From the NCBI GenBank assembly GCA_021794595.1, contig JAJYQN010000117.1, forward strand, positions 1,977 to 65,976: a stretch of DNA of 64,000 bases, written 5' to 3'. The DNA comes from Pseudomonadota bacterium (GTDB lineage: Bacteria > Pseudomonadota > Gammaproteobacteria > Acidiferrobacterales > Acidiferrobacteraceae). The notes beneath the pieces were generated by a model. The model saw only the letters and a list, made by a program, of their open reading frames with translations. It did not search any database and was not told the DNA's origin. The position numbers and the translations under genes were made by a program. Positions 47,163 to 55,745 of the stretch are shown here, one piece after another (position 1 is the first letter of the stretch; the number at the start of each line of letters is the position of its first letter).

Positions 47163-48194
47163 ATGCCCCCTGCGCCGCGCGCGTATCAAATCAAAAAAAC
47201 CGGTGTGCGTGGACAGCTCACGCCATCGCGACTGACCATGCCAACGTTGGCGCCCCATCAAGTCCTCGTGCAGGTGTGCGCGGCAAGCTTGAATTACCGG
47301 GATCTCTTGGCTCTACACAATCCGACTGACTTAAAGGAAGGCCTCATACCGCTCTCCGACGCCGCGGGCGTCATTTCCGCTATAGGTCCTGACGTTACCA
47401 CTTGGCGAGTCGGCGATCGAGTGTCCCCTAGCTTTTTCCCGCATTGGGATAGCGGGCCGTTTCGTGCCTCCTACTTACAGTCTGCCCTAGGAGGCGGACA
47501 AACGGATGGGGTGTTATGCGATGAGATTATCGTTTCCGATAATGCTCTCGTCGAAATCCCCGCTTATCTCACGCTGTCCGAGGCCGCAACGCTCCCTTGT
47601 GCTGCCGTAACGGCGTGGCACGCCCTATTTGTACGCGCCCACCTCACAAGCGGGGACACCGTGCTCATCCAAGGGACTGGTGGGGTCGCAATGTTCGCCT
47701 TGCAGCTCGCCACAGCCCATGGCGTACGAGCGATCGTCGTTTCGTCATCAGATCAGAAGCTTGAGCGCGCCGTAGCCCTAGGCGCCTGGAAGACCATCAA
47801 CTACCACAAAGAGCCTCGGTGGGATCGGGCCGTGCACCGTTTCACCGATAACGAAGGAGTCTCTTGCGTTTTGGAATTGGGTGGCCCTGATACGTTCGAC
47901 CGATCCTTAGCGGCGGTTGCCGGTGGCGGAACCATTGCGCAGATCGGCGTCCTCACAGGTTTTGGCCCCCAGGCCAACCTCTTACCCTTGCAGTTTAAGA
48001 ATGCCACGATTTGCGGGATCTGTGTCGGCTCGCGCCAGCACTTTTCTGATCTGCATCGGTTTATGGCCACACACACCATAAGACCCGTAATCGATCGAAC
48101 TTTTGATTTTGGGGAGGCGCCTTCCGCCTACGCCTATCTGGAGAGTGCCCAGCACTTTGGCAAGGTGGTTATCGATATGGGCAACGATGGTTAA
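47163..48194 (+). CDS. zinc-type/MDR NAD(P)-dependent alcohol dehydrogenase or quinone oxidoreductase
   Basis: MDR pattern: VCAASLNYRD, the GroES-like domain and the Rossmann motif IQGTGGVAMFALQLA. Confidence 0.87.
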   Translation: MPPAPRAYQIKKTGVRGQLTPSRLTMPTLAPHQVLVQVCAASLNYRDLLALHNPTDLKEGLIPLSDAAGVISAIGPDVTTWRVGDRVSPSFFPHWDSGPFRASYLQSALGGGQTDGVLCDEIIVSDNALVEIPAYLTLSEAATLPCAAVTAWHALFVRAHLTSGDTVLIQGTGGVAMFALQLATAHGVRAIVVSSSDQKLERAVALGAWKTINYHKEPRWDRAVHRFTDNEGVSCVLELGGPDTFDRSLAAVAGGGTIAQIGVLTGFGPQANLLPLQFKNATICGICVGSRQHFSDLHRFMATHTIRPVIDRTFDFGEAPSAYAYLESAQHFGKVVIDMGNDG

Positions 48195-48309
48195 GAAAAT
48201 TACCCTGGTGCGTCAAGAAACCAAGGTACACCAACCTGACGTTCTAGAACACTTGCAACATCGTCGCGTGGCAAAGACGTCAAGCGGCCCACAACGGAGG
48301 ATCTCTCAC

Positions 48310-48924
48310 ATGATCATACTTTACCGGAACACCGCGAGCCCCAACATACAGAAGATCGCCCTCATGCTCACCGAAACTCGCTTATCTTATATCGCTCAAA
48401 GCGTCGACCGGGAGCCTGATGGAGCGTTTGTTGGCAGTTTTCGCGCAATCAATCCGAATGCCACCGTACCCGCCATCCTTGATCAGGATAACGGTGTTTC
48501 CGTCTTCGAATCGGGAGCTATCCTATACTACCTAGCGGAAAAATCCGGTCAATTCCTACCCAAAGAGATCAAGGCGCGCACAGAGGTCATGAAATGGCTT
48601 ATGTTCGAAGTGGCCAATGTGGGACCTGTCATGGGCGAGCTGTACCACGGGCTCCTCATGGATAGCCCCGCGTTCACTGACCACCTTCTACCGCGATATC
48701 GGGACAAGCTCTCTCGCTTCTGCTCCCTACTTGATGAACAACTCAAAGGGCAACGCTACTTGTGCGGCGACTACTCTATTGCCGATATCGCACTCTACCC
48801 TTGGTGCGGCATCTTAGGAGACATCGCCGACATCGATCTTCATGACTACGCCCACCTCCATCGATGGGCTACCGACATAAATATGCATCCCGCTACCCAA
48901 TTGATCAATACGACAAAGTTGTAA
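48310..48924 (+). CDS. glutathione S-transferase family protein
   Basis: VPAILDQDNGVSVFESGAILYYLAEK is a GST_N thioredoxin-fold motif, followed by a GST_C region. ATG 48310 has GGAGG about 10 nt upstream. The upstream part of the track ORF was rejected. Confidence 0.85.
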   Translation: MIILYRNTASPNIQKIALMLTETRLSYIAQSVDREPDGAFVGSFRAINPNATVPAILDQDNGVSVFESGAILYYLAEKSGQFLPKEIKARTEVMKWLMFEVANVGPVMGELYHGLLMDSPAFTDHLLPRYRDKLSRFCSLLDEQLKGQRYLCGDYSIADIALYPWCGILGDIADIDLHDYAHLHRWATDINMHPATQLINTTKL

Positions 48925-48929
48925 TACTG

Positions 48930-49221
48930 GCCCTTAGGACACCTTTGCCAAAATCGTACCCCGTGGCCTTTTTCACCTGAGGGGCTGTGGAAACGGGCAC
49001 AGTTACCATGATGCGTCGGAAAATTGAAATGCAGCGCCATAATATTTCCGTTTTCATTGCTCTCTCATTTTCTGCGCGCCAATGAGGCAGGGAGGGAGGT
49101 TTTCGAAGAACATCGGCATTTGATTGCGTTAGAGTGACCGTTTTAGAGCCGCCTTGCCATGAGCCTTGCGGCGGTGGACGGCAAGGGGCGCTTTTGCCAG
49201 ATCAATCGCAATCGCTGTCAT
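48930..49221 (-). mobile_element. IS110-family transposase N-terminal remnant (degenerate)
   Basis: The minus strand reads MTAIAIDLAKAPLAVHRRKAHGKAALKRSL*RNQMPMFFENLPPCLIG. This resembles the IS110 pattern IGIDLAKNVFQLHG...GKVVLRKRLSRAQLLPFFANLPPCLIGMEAC. It then breaks down through stops and frame loss. Confidence 0.6.
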
Positions 49222-49739
49222 CTTTATTGTCGCGCCCTCTTTATTCGAGTGGTACGTCCCGCTCTTCACTTTGGCACAGCTGATGCCATTAGGGGAGGGG
49301 TCGACCATCTCATTAGGGAGCGACGAGGGCGCGGTGTCCGCGGGTGCCGTCGCCTTGCGTCCCAGGGAGGGGCCTGGCGGGCGGCTGTGGGCCGCCTAGC
49401 CCAGGACGGCGATATGCATCCTGGTACCGAGAATCAACGCTCTCCATCTTTGTGGAAGGCAACAGGCCTGCGCGGGGTATTGCGGGTGTGCGGGAGGCTC
49501 GATTTTTTCGGACACGGTTACGAGACAAGCCGCCATAAAAAAATCATGATGATAGTTTACACCGGCAGGAAAAATGCGATGACTATCAAAGCAATGCAGG
49601 CAGTGCGCTTTCAATCGAATCAAGGCGGGCTAGGAGCAGGTATTCTGGTAGGGAAGACGGAGCTTGTTTGATGGAGATAGCAGGTCCTGCTACGCTGGTA
49701 TACCGTTTAGATAAAAATCGTTTTATGCACAACTGAAGG

Positions 49740-50444
49740 TTGCGGAGTTTATGCATCAGGAAATATTTGGGGGATAAACAGCCGATTTGGAGTGAAGGCG
49801 TGAGCGTAAACAGATATCATCTACCCGCAGCGGATTTTCTTATGAATATGGAGGTCGTTGACTGCAATCATCCGCAGATTCAGGACCTGGCAGCCTCTTT
49901 GTCCGGTCGGACACCCCTGCTAACGGCTAAAAACTGCTTTGATTGGGTGCGGGATCAGATCGAACACAGTATGGATTTTCGTCGTGAGGAGGTTGTCTGT
50001 AGGGCATCTGATGTGCTGCGTGTCGGCACCGGCTTGTGCTTTGCCAAGAGCCACTTATTGGTAGCCTTATGGCGCGCGAGCCGCATACCTGCCGGGTTTT
50101 GTTATCAACGATTAACGTTTGATGGTCCTCGTGCGCCCTATTGTACACACGGTTTCACTGCTGTCTGGCTAGATAATTGGGGCTGGTATCGTTGTGATGC
50201 GCGCGGCAACAGCAAGCCCAATATCCAGTGTGAATTCACACCCAAACGGGAGAACCTGGCCTACCCGACCATTCATAACGGCGAGATGACCCATCCTGAT
50301 GTTTGGGCAGAGCCTTGGCCGGATTTGATCGCAGCGATGGGGAAGCTGCAAACCATGTCGCAGTATCGGCGCTGTCCCATTGACGCCCGCCCGCCCGCTG
50401 CGGACTTATGCGTAAGTGAGTCTGCGGCGCCGAACATTGAATAG
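49740..50444 (+). CDS. transglutaminase-like cysteine peptidase family protein
   Basis: The Cys/His/Asp core is GTGLCFAKSHLLVALWRA...THGFTAVWL...RCDARG. The start is uncertain: TTG 49740, GTG 49800 or ATG 49842. Confidence 0.75.
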   Translation: MRSLCIRKYLGDKQPIWSEGVSVNRYHLPAADFLMNMEVVDCNHPQIQDLAASLSGRTPLLTAKNCFDWVRDQIEHSMDFRREEVVCRASDVLRVGTGLCFAKSHLLVALWRASRIPAGFCYQRLTFDGPRAPYCTHGFTAVWLDNWGWYRCDARGNSKPNIQCEFTPKRENLAYPTIHNGEMTHPDVWAEPWPDLIAAMGKLQTMSQYRRCPIDARPPAADLCVSESAAPNIE

Positions 50445-50458
50445 CATGGAGACGAACC

Positions 50459-51118
50459 ATGTACTGCCCCGGAACGTTTACGGAAACTCGTCCCGAAGTT
50501 TTACGGACACTGATTCAGCATTATCCCCTCGCAACCTTGATCACTATAGGAAGCGAGGGACCAGAGGCCGACCATATCCCGCTGTATCTCTTGCCCGGGG
50601 AGGGGCCCCATTATGTGTTGCAGGGACATGTGGCGCGCGCTAATCCGCTATGGCGAGAGGCGTCCCCGGGCAATGAGGTGTTGGTCATCTTCCAGGGGCC
50701 ACAACACTACATAAGCCCTTCTTGGTATGCCACAAAGGCGGAAAACGGCAGGGTAGTGCCAACTTGGAACTATGCCGTCGTCCACGTCCATGGGCTGCTT
50801 CACGTCAAGGACAATCCCGATTGGGTCCGGCAACAGATGGTCGGCCTGACCAGGCAGCAGGAGAGTCGCTTTGCGCGGCCCTGGCAGGTGGATAATGCGC
50901 CTCAGGGTTTCACGGAGTCGCTTATCGGACAGGTGGTGGGCACAGAAATCCCGATCTCGCGGTGGGCTGGTAAATGGAAGGTCAGCCAGAACCAGCCGCT
51001 TTCCAACCGTGACAGTGTCGGGGCGCACCTGGAGAGGCAAAATCAGTCTGGCTCTTTGGCTATGGCTGAATACGTTCTGGCCTGCGCAAAAAACGGGGAA
51101 AAGGACCATCCTGAATGA
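50459..51118 (+). CDS. FMN-binding negative transcriptional regulator (PaiB family)
   Basis: HIPLYL, QGHVARANPLW, FQGPQHYISPSWY and VPTWNY are PaiB-family motifs. Confidence 0.85.
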   Translation: MYCPGTFTETRPEVLRTLIQHYPLATLITIGSEGPEADHIPLYLLPGEGPHYVLQGHVARANPLWREASPGNEVLVIFQGPQHYISPSWYATKAENGRVVPTWNYAVVHVHGLLHVKDNPDWVRQQMVGLTRQQESRFARPWQVDNAPQGFTESLIGQVVGTEIPISRWAGKWKVSQNQPLSNRDSVGAHLERQNQSGSLAMAEYVLACAKNGEKDHPE

Positions 51119-51765
51119 CGACTCGTGTCGGTTTTTTGGTCTTCCCCGGCCTCCAGCTTTTGGATCTGGCGGGCCCGTATGAGATTTTTAGTGCCTTATC
51201 GGATTGTGAGGTGCATCTTTTCTGGAAAACCCGAGAGCCTTTGGCCTGTTCAGCAGGTATGCTATTTCAGCCGACGGCCACCCTCGACTACGGACTGCCG
51301 GTGGATGTTCTCTGTATACCCGGAGGCGTCGGTCTCAATGTTTTGTTGCAGGATGAGGAAATCCTAAGCTGGATACAGCGCCAGGCGGCAACGGCGCAGT
51401 TTGTCACCTCTGTATGCACCGGGGCGCTGTTGCTCGGTGTGGCAGGATTGCTCGCCGGACGGCGCGCGACAACACATTGGCGTTATTTTGATCTCCTCAC
51501 TGAATGTGGCGCCATACCTATCCGGGAGCGTGTGGTTCGGGACGGCAATCTGATCACCGGTGGCGGGGTTACTGCCGGGATAGACTTTGGTCTTGTGCTG
51601 ATTGCAGCCTTGCGTGGCCAAGGTGCGGCTGAAGAGATTCAGCTTGCCATGGAATATGCGCCGGAACCGCCTTTCCAGGCTGGTAGGCCGGATGATGCGC
51701 CCAGGGATGTCTGGAGGTCGTCCGATGCCGCACTGAAGCACTGCATGCCGAACGTGAACGGATGA
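51115..51765 (+). CDS. DJ-1/PfpI family protein (isocyanide hydratase-like subgroup)
   Basis: VGFLVFPGLQLLDLAGPYEIF, VTSVCTGALLLGVAGLLAGRRATTHW. ATGA overlap with the paiB-like gene. Confidence 0.85.
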   Translation: MTTRVGFLVFPGLQLLDLAGPYEIFSALSDCEVHLFWKTREPLACSAGMLFQPTATLDYGLPVDVLCIPGGVGLNVLLQDEEILSWIQRQAATAQFVTSVCTGALLLGVAGLLAGRRATTHWRYFDLLTECGAIPIRERVVRDGNLITGGGVTAGIDFGLVLIAALRGQGAAEEIQLAMEYAPEPPFQAGRPDDAPRDVWRSSDAALKHCMPNVNG

Positions 51766-52319
51766 TTGGGACCTGGCGGAATATTCCCCTTAGCTTGTCA
51801 GATAAGGGCGAAGACGTGATCTGCGCCCCCCTCGTTCGCGAACTAGGGCAGGACGACGATTTCGCTTATCGCTCACTTTGGCAGGATGCCATGCAGCAAC
51901 ACGCGCAGTATTTCCGCATAGCGGCGGGAGATGATGTTCCCGCGGCTATTCCCACGCGAGGAGCAAATGACAGCTTTACCTTAGGCGCCTTCGAGAAAAA
52001 TGTGCTAGTCGGGATTGTCAGTCTGGAGCGGGATCGCGGTCTGAAATTGCGGCATAAGGCGTTACTTTTTCGCATGTTCGTGGCGCCGGAGGCGGCCGGC
52101 CGTGGTCTCGGTAGGTCGCTTTTGCAGGCGGTGCTCTCCCGTGCACAGGAGATCGATAATTTACGGTCCGTTCATTTGACTGTTCTGGAGCGAAATCATC
52201 GGGCCCGAGCGCTGTATCGGTCGCTGGGTTTCGTAGATTTCGCACTGGAGCCAGATGCCGTTCACATGGACACAGATTATGTGGCTGAGGTACAAATGAT
52301 GCGATTCCTTGAAAGATGA
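51762..52319 (+). CDS. GNAT family N-acetyltransferase
   Basis: The acetyl-CoA binding motif is FVAPEAAGRGLGRSLL...RARALYRSLGF. ATGA overlap with the upstream gene. Confidence 0.8.
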   Translation: MIGTWRNIPLSLSDKGEDVICAPLVRELGQDDDFAYRSLWQDAMQQHAQYFRIAAGDDVPAAIPTRGANDSFTLGAFEKNVLVGIVSLERDRGLKLRHKALLFRMFVAPEAAGRGLGRSLLQAVLSRAQEIDNLRSVHLTVLERNHRARALYRSLGFVDFALEPDAVHMDTDYVAEVQMMRFLER

Positions 52320-52894
52320 ATACCGTGATGCTGATGCAGTATCAGATCGATGCTTTTAGTCACCGGGTTTTTTCTGGCAATCCGGCGGCTGTTATTCCTC
52401 TCGACCAGTGGCTCCCCGATTCGATTATGCAGGCCATTGCTGAAGAGAATAATCTCTCTGAGACCGCCTTTTATATCCCGGCAGAAAATTCTGGCACCTT
52501 CCATTTACGCTGGTTCACACCGGTGGCTGAAGTGGATTTGTGCGGCCACGCTACCCTAGCAACAGCACACGTTCTCTTTCACGAACGGGGATTTCAAGGG
52601 AATGGGACTACCTTCGAATCTGGGCGACCCTCGAGATGGCTCACTTGTGGTGGCCCCGATACGATTTGTCACGGCTATAAAGCTGGTTTTAGGCTTGATC
52701 ATTGGCCATACGGAGCGACAAGATGCGGTGGTGAAAGTTGCAGATCGACAGTGACACAGGCTTCACGTGGCTTTCACGTCGTCGCTGCGGCTCTTAGGGT
52801 TGCCCCCGTAATCGGTCGTAGTTATGGCGCGACTATCAAGGTCGGTGAAAGAGGTAGTGAAGACGCTTGCCCAGCCATGCACCCCAATGGTTGA
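52316..52894 (+). CDS. PhzF-family isomerase, recognisable N-terminal part only; C-terminal part aberrant and short (probable truncated or decayed gene)
   Basis: The first ~90 aa are typical PhzF: QIDAFSHRVFSGNPAAVIP...SETAFYIP...LRWFTPVAEVDLCGHATLATAHVL. The rest of the 192-aa ORF is Cys/Arg/Gly-rich and does not read like PhzF. Family members are usually about 260-300 aa. Confidence 0.55.
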   Translation: MNTVMLMQYQIDAFSHRVFSGNPAAVIPLDQWLPDSIMQAIAEENNLSETAFYIPAENSGTFHLRWFTPVAEVDLCGHATLATAHVLFHERGFQGNGTTFESGRPSRWLTCGGPDTICHGYKAGFRLDHWPYGATRCGGESCRSTVTQASRGFHVVAAALRVAPVIGRSYGATIKVGERGSEDACPAMHPNG

Positions 52895-52909
52895 ATAGGA
52901 CGGACGCCC

Positions 52910-54328
52910 ATGGATCTTATGCTTGTAAAATGCGGTACATGCTTTCGAAGCTCGCTGAATTGCGACACCGCTTTTCTTCTCTCAGACCCAGAAAGCGCGG
53001 GCATTTTCCTGGAAAGAGTACGGACGGACCTTGAAGAGCAGGGCGTAGGCAGTGTAGATGTCGTATTCAATCACGCCAAACGCGTGGCCAAGTGGCGCTA
53101 TGCGACATCCGATGACGACGATGACAGCGTGCTTCTCGACCCATTACTGAGAATCAGTAACCTGCGGATACCAGCCGCGACCGTGTTCCGAATCGAGGGC
53201 ACCATCACGGCATCAGAGTTTCCGGCCTCGATATTTCATGAGCGCAGTCTCGAACTTTACGTCTACGATAATCTCTTTGGTATGTTGGAGTGGGATTTTA
53301 CCCTCGGATGCGCGGCGCGCGAAATCACGGCCGCAAAGAGGCCGGCAATAGAGCTCTTGCTGCATGCCATTTCCGTGGAATTGATGGAGGCTATCACTCA
53401 GACCGACATATTCAGTCAGATTCATGCCGCGGCCGCGAGTGCTTTGCCGGTCAAGGCCTTGAGGGGGCGAAGGCTTGGCCCCTTGTATCTGGAAAGAGAG
53501 CAGGATTACGTCGATCTCTTGGTGCGCAAGAAAGAAACTAAGGCTGCAACGCGGCTTCCTGTTATCGTGCCGAGTATTTTATGGACAGCGCGGCTCTATA
53601 TCTGGCCGCATGGCGGAGTGAGCCAGGAACAAAAGCAATTTTTGCCAGCGTTGTTGCACAAGGATACGGTCCGCGTTGACGCGGGCGATAGCCGTATTTA
53701 TTGCGCGTGGGGCTCGAGCGCCATCGCAAGTGACACCGAGATCGATGCCGGGAGCATACAAGCCCTTGCGGGGATCCGCAGGGAGCTTCAGTACATCTAT
53801 GCCGTAACAAACGAGTATGCAAAAAGGACGGGTAACGCCTATTTTCGGTCTTTGGGTGGACTTGTGCAGACGGGCACGGACGTGTCGGATTGGCTGGAAA
53901 GCGCTAAGACCCACCTAAGCCAGATGCTATACATCTGCAAAGATCGGGACATGGGCTTGCAGGGCTGGAAGAGCGAATGCTTTGTCGCGTATATGCGGCT
54001 ATGGAAGGTCGAGCCCTATATCGCCACCACGATCAGCAAGGTCGATACCGCGCGCAATCTCGTCGCAGCGATTCGGGCCAAACAGGGCAGTCGAATGCAG
54101 AGGCAGATCAAGAATATTCTCGCAGCTCTCGGACTCATGGAGGCGCTCGGCGTCATTACCGAAATCACCGAGTATTCCCATAGCCCCGGGTATCGCCCCA
54201 GCGCCGATTGGGGAATTCTTCGTGTTTTTCACTATTGGAGGCCCGATGCGACGATCTCGGTAGCGGGTCTTTTGATACTATCATTTTTAGTGGCGGCGGT
54301 CCTGTACATAGGGAATTTGAAGGAGTGA
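52910..54328 (+). CDS. protein of unknown function, 472 aa, with a C-terminal transmembrane anchor
   Basis: Long uninterrupted ORF. The C-terminal hydrophobic helix is ISVAGLLILSFLVAAVLYIG. It is preceded by the amphipathic or second hydrophobic segment ILAALGLMEALGVITEI. I recognise no family motif. It is coupled to the next gene. Confidence 0.7.
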   Translation: MDLMLVKCGTCFRSSLNCDTAFLLSDPESAGIFLERVRTDLEEQGVGSVDVVFNHAKRVAKWRYATSDDDDDSVLLDPLLRISNLRIPAATVFRIEGTITASEFPASIFHERSLELYVYDNLFGMLEWDFTLGCAAREITAAKRPAIELLLHAISVELMEAITQTDIFSQIHAAAASALPVKALRGRRLGPLYLEREQDYVDLLVRKKETKAATRLPVIVPSILWTARLYIWPHGGVSQEQKQFLPALLHKDTVRVDAGDSRIYCAWGSSAIASDTEIDAGSIQALAGIRRELQYIYAVTNEYAKRTGNAYFRSLGGLVQTGTDVSDWLESAKTHLSQMLYICKDRDMGLQGWKSECFVAYMRLWKVEPYIATTISKVDTARNLVAAIRAKQGSRMQRQIKNILAALGLMEALGVITEITEYSHSPGYRPSADWGILRVFHYWRPDATISVAGLLILSFLVAAVLYIGNLKE

Positions 54329-54332
54329 ATTG

Positions 54333-55745
54333 ATGGATACGCCGTACCTGAAGCGGTTGCTAGAGGCCTCGGAGCAGCATGTACTGCCCCCGGCGGTTCA
54401 GGAGGCGACCGCGAAAATCGCGACTGAACGCGCCTGGGTTGAGGAGTTGCTGCAACAAGGGCATGTCAATTCGATTTACGGGTTCAACACCGAGCTTGGA
54501 CATCGCGACTTCGTGACGGTCGATTCGAAGGCTGGCCCCGATTTCCAGAAAGCGATCTTCGCAAGCCATCACGTGAGGCCGAGTTATGGGCGCGGCGCGT
54601 ACCCACGGGCCGTGGCCTCGCTCATCGGCTATGTGAAGGTCTTTCAATTGAGTCGGGGCGGGAGCGGTATTTCCCCCGAGGCCTACAAGCGGATCATGGA
54701 GAAGGTGAGCGATCCCGAGTTTTGTCCCCGTATCCCGGCCGGCCAGTCGTATTCCTCGGGCGATGTCCTGCCCGCGACCCACTGGGTCAGCGCGGTCTTC
54801 GATCTCGATAGCTCGGCGCCGTACGCGTTAAGACCAGGCGACATGATCGCCTTGATCAACGGCAATTTCGTCCACACAGCCTTAGGTGCGGACAATTATC
54901 GGGAATTGAAGGGGCTTATTGAGTACGTAGTCGTAAGCGGCGCCTATGCCGGCCGCCTCTGTGAACTGGCCCGGATTAACTACCTGCGGGATTTGCCGCG
55001 GGGTAAGGAAGCGGCGCAAAAGGCTCTCGATTACCTCGCGCGTACGGCCGATGGCCAGAAGAGTCTTTCGACCTCTCCTCAGCGTGCGGTCTCGATCCGG
55101 GCCATCCCCGATGTGATCATCGAGTTTTGTAGCGCGCACCACGCGCTTGGCCAGGAAGTCGAGGCGCTGATCCCGGCGCAGTCGGCAAACCCCTTATTCG
55201 ATCTCGCGCGCAAAGAGGTCTTTTCGAGCCCCGGTTTCCTGGCGATCGGACTGGCCTTGGCACAGAATAAGATGATCGAGACCTTGCTGCTGGTGTTGCG
55301 GGTATCGGTCGCCAGGCTCAGTTTCATTTTGTCGGGTCGGGTGGCGGGCATCCCCGAAGATGGCTGGGACCCGACCGCGGACGCGGGCCTCGGTTTTATC
55401 CAGGTCCCCAAGGAATTGACAGCCGTGGTGGAGTCCGCATACCAGACCTACGGACGGCGCGGGTTTGCCGCGGGGGGTGCCACCTCCTACGGTATTGAGG
55501 ACTTATGGACCCAGGGCGAGGCCTTGTCGCGAGATATCCATAAGTTGAGCCTTATCGTCCGGGACGTATTGCGGCGCGAAATCGCGGTCTACGAGGTCAT
55601 GAGCCGGCGCTGTGCGCCCTCCCGATCGATGGCTCTCTGTCCAAAGCGGCCGCCGAAGGACTTAGGGATGGTGGCTGAGCTGCACTTTGTCGAGGATGTT
55701 TTGCTGGGACTTAAGACCCTGACGGATGAAGGTTTTGGGGATTAG
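54333..55745 (+). CDS. aromatic amino acid ammonia-lyase/aminomutase (HAL/PAL, MIO) family protein, divergent
   Basis: It aligns by eye along its whole length with P. putida HutH: IYGFNTELG (AYGINTGFG), QLSRGGSGI (SLSRGFSGI), GQSYSSGDVLPATH (GSVGASGDLAPLAH), ALINGN (ALLNGT), VSIRAIPDV (YSLRCQPQV) and SANPLF (SDNPLV). ATG 54333 has GAAGGAG 7 nt upstream. Confidence 0.85.
   Translation: MDTPYLKRLLEASEQHVLPPAVQEATAKIATERAWVEELLQQGHVNSIYGFNTELGHRDFVTVDSKAGPDFQKAIFASHHVRPSYGRGAYPRAVASLIGYVKVFQLSRGGSGISPEAYKRIMEKVSDPEFCPRIPAGQSYSSGDVLPATHWVSAVFDLDSSAPYALRPGDMIALINGNFVHTALGADNYRELKGLIEYVVVSGAYAGRLCELARINYLRDLPRGKEAAQKALDYLARTADGQKSLSTSPQRAVSIRAIPDVIIEFCSAHHALGQEVEALIPAQSANPLFDLARKEVFSSPGFLAIGLALAQNKMIETLLLVLRVSVARLSFILSGRVAGIPEDGWDPTADAGLGFIQVPKELTAVVESAYQTYGRRGFAAGGATSYGIEDLWTQGEALSRDIHKLSLIVRDVLRREIAVYEVMSRRCAPSRSMALCPKRPPKDLGMVAELHFVEDVLLGLKTLTDEGFGD

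Noticed and set aside
49159-49671. 170-aa plus-strand ORF in the island gap
   Set aside because: It runs antisense across the IS110 remnant and into non-coding DNA. It has no SD, is Arg/Gly-rich and resembles no family.
52600-52900. A second, inverted PhzF C-terminal fragment on the minus strand (reading NHWGAWLGKRLHY, resembling PYWAERLGK)
   Set aside because: The match is a single short motif-like stretch followed immediately by stops. It is too weak to distinguish from chance without an alignment search.
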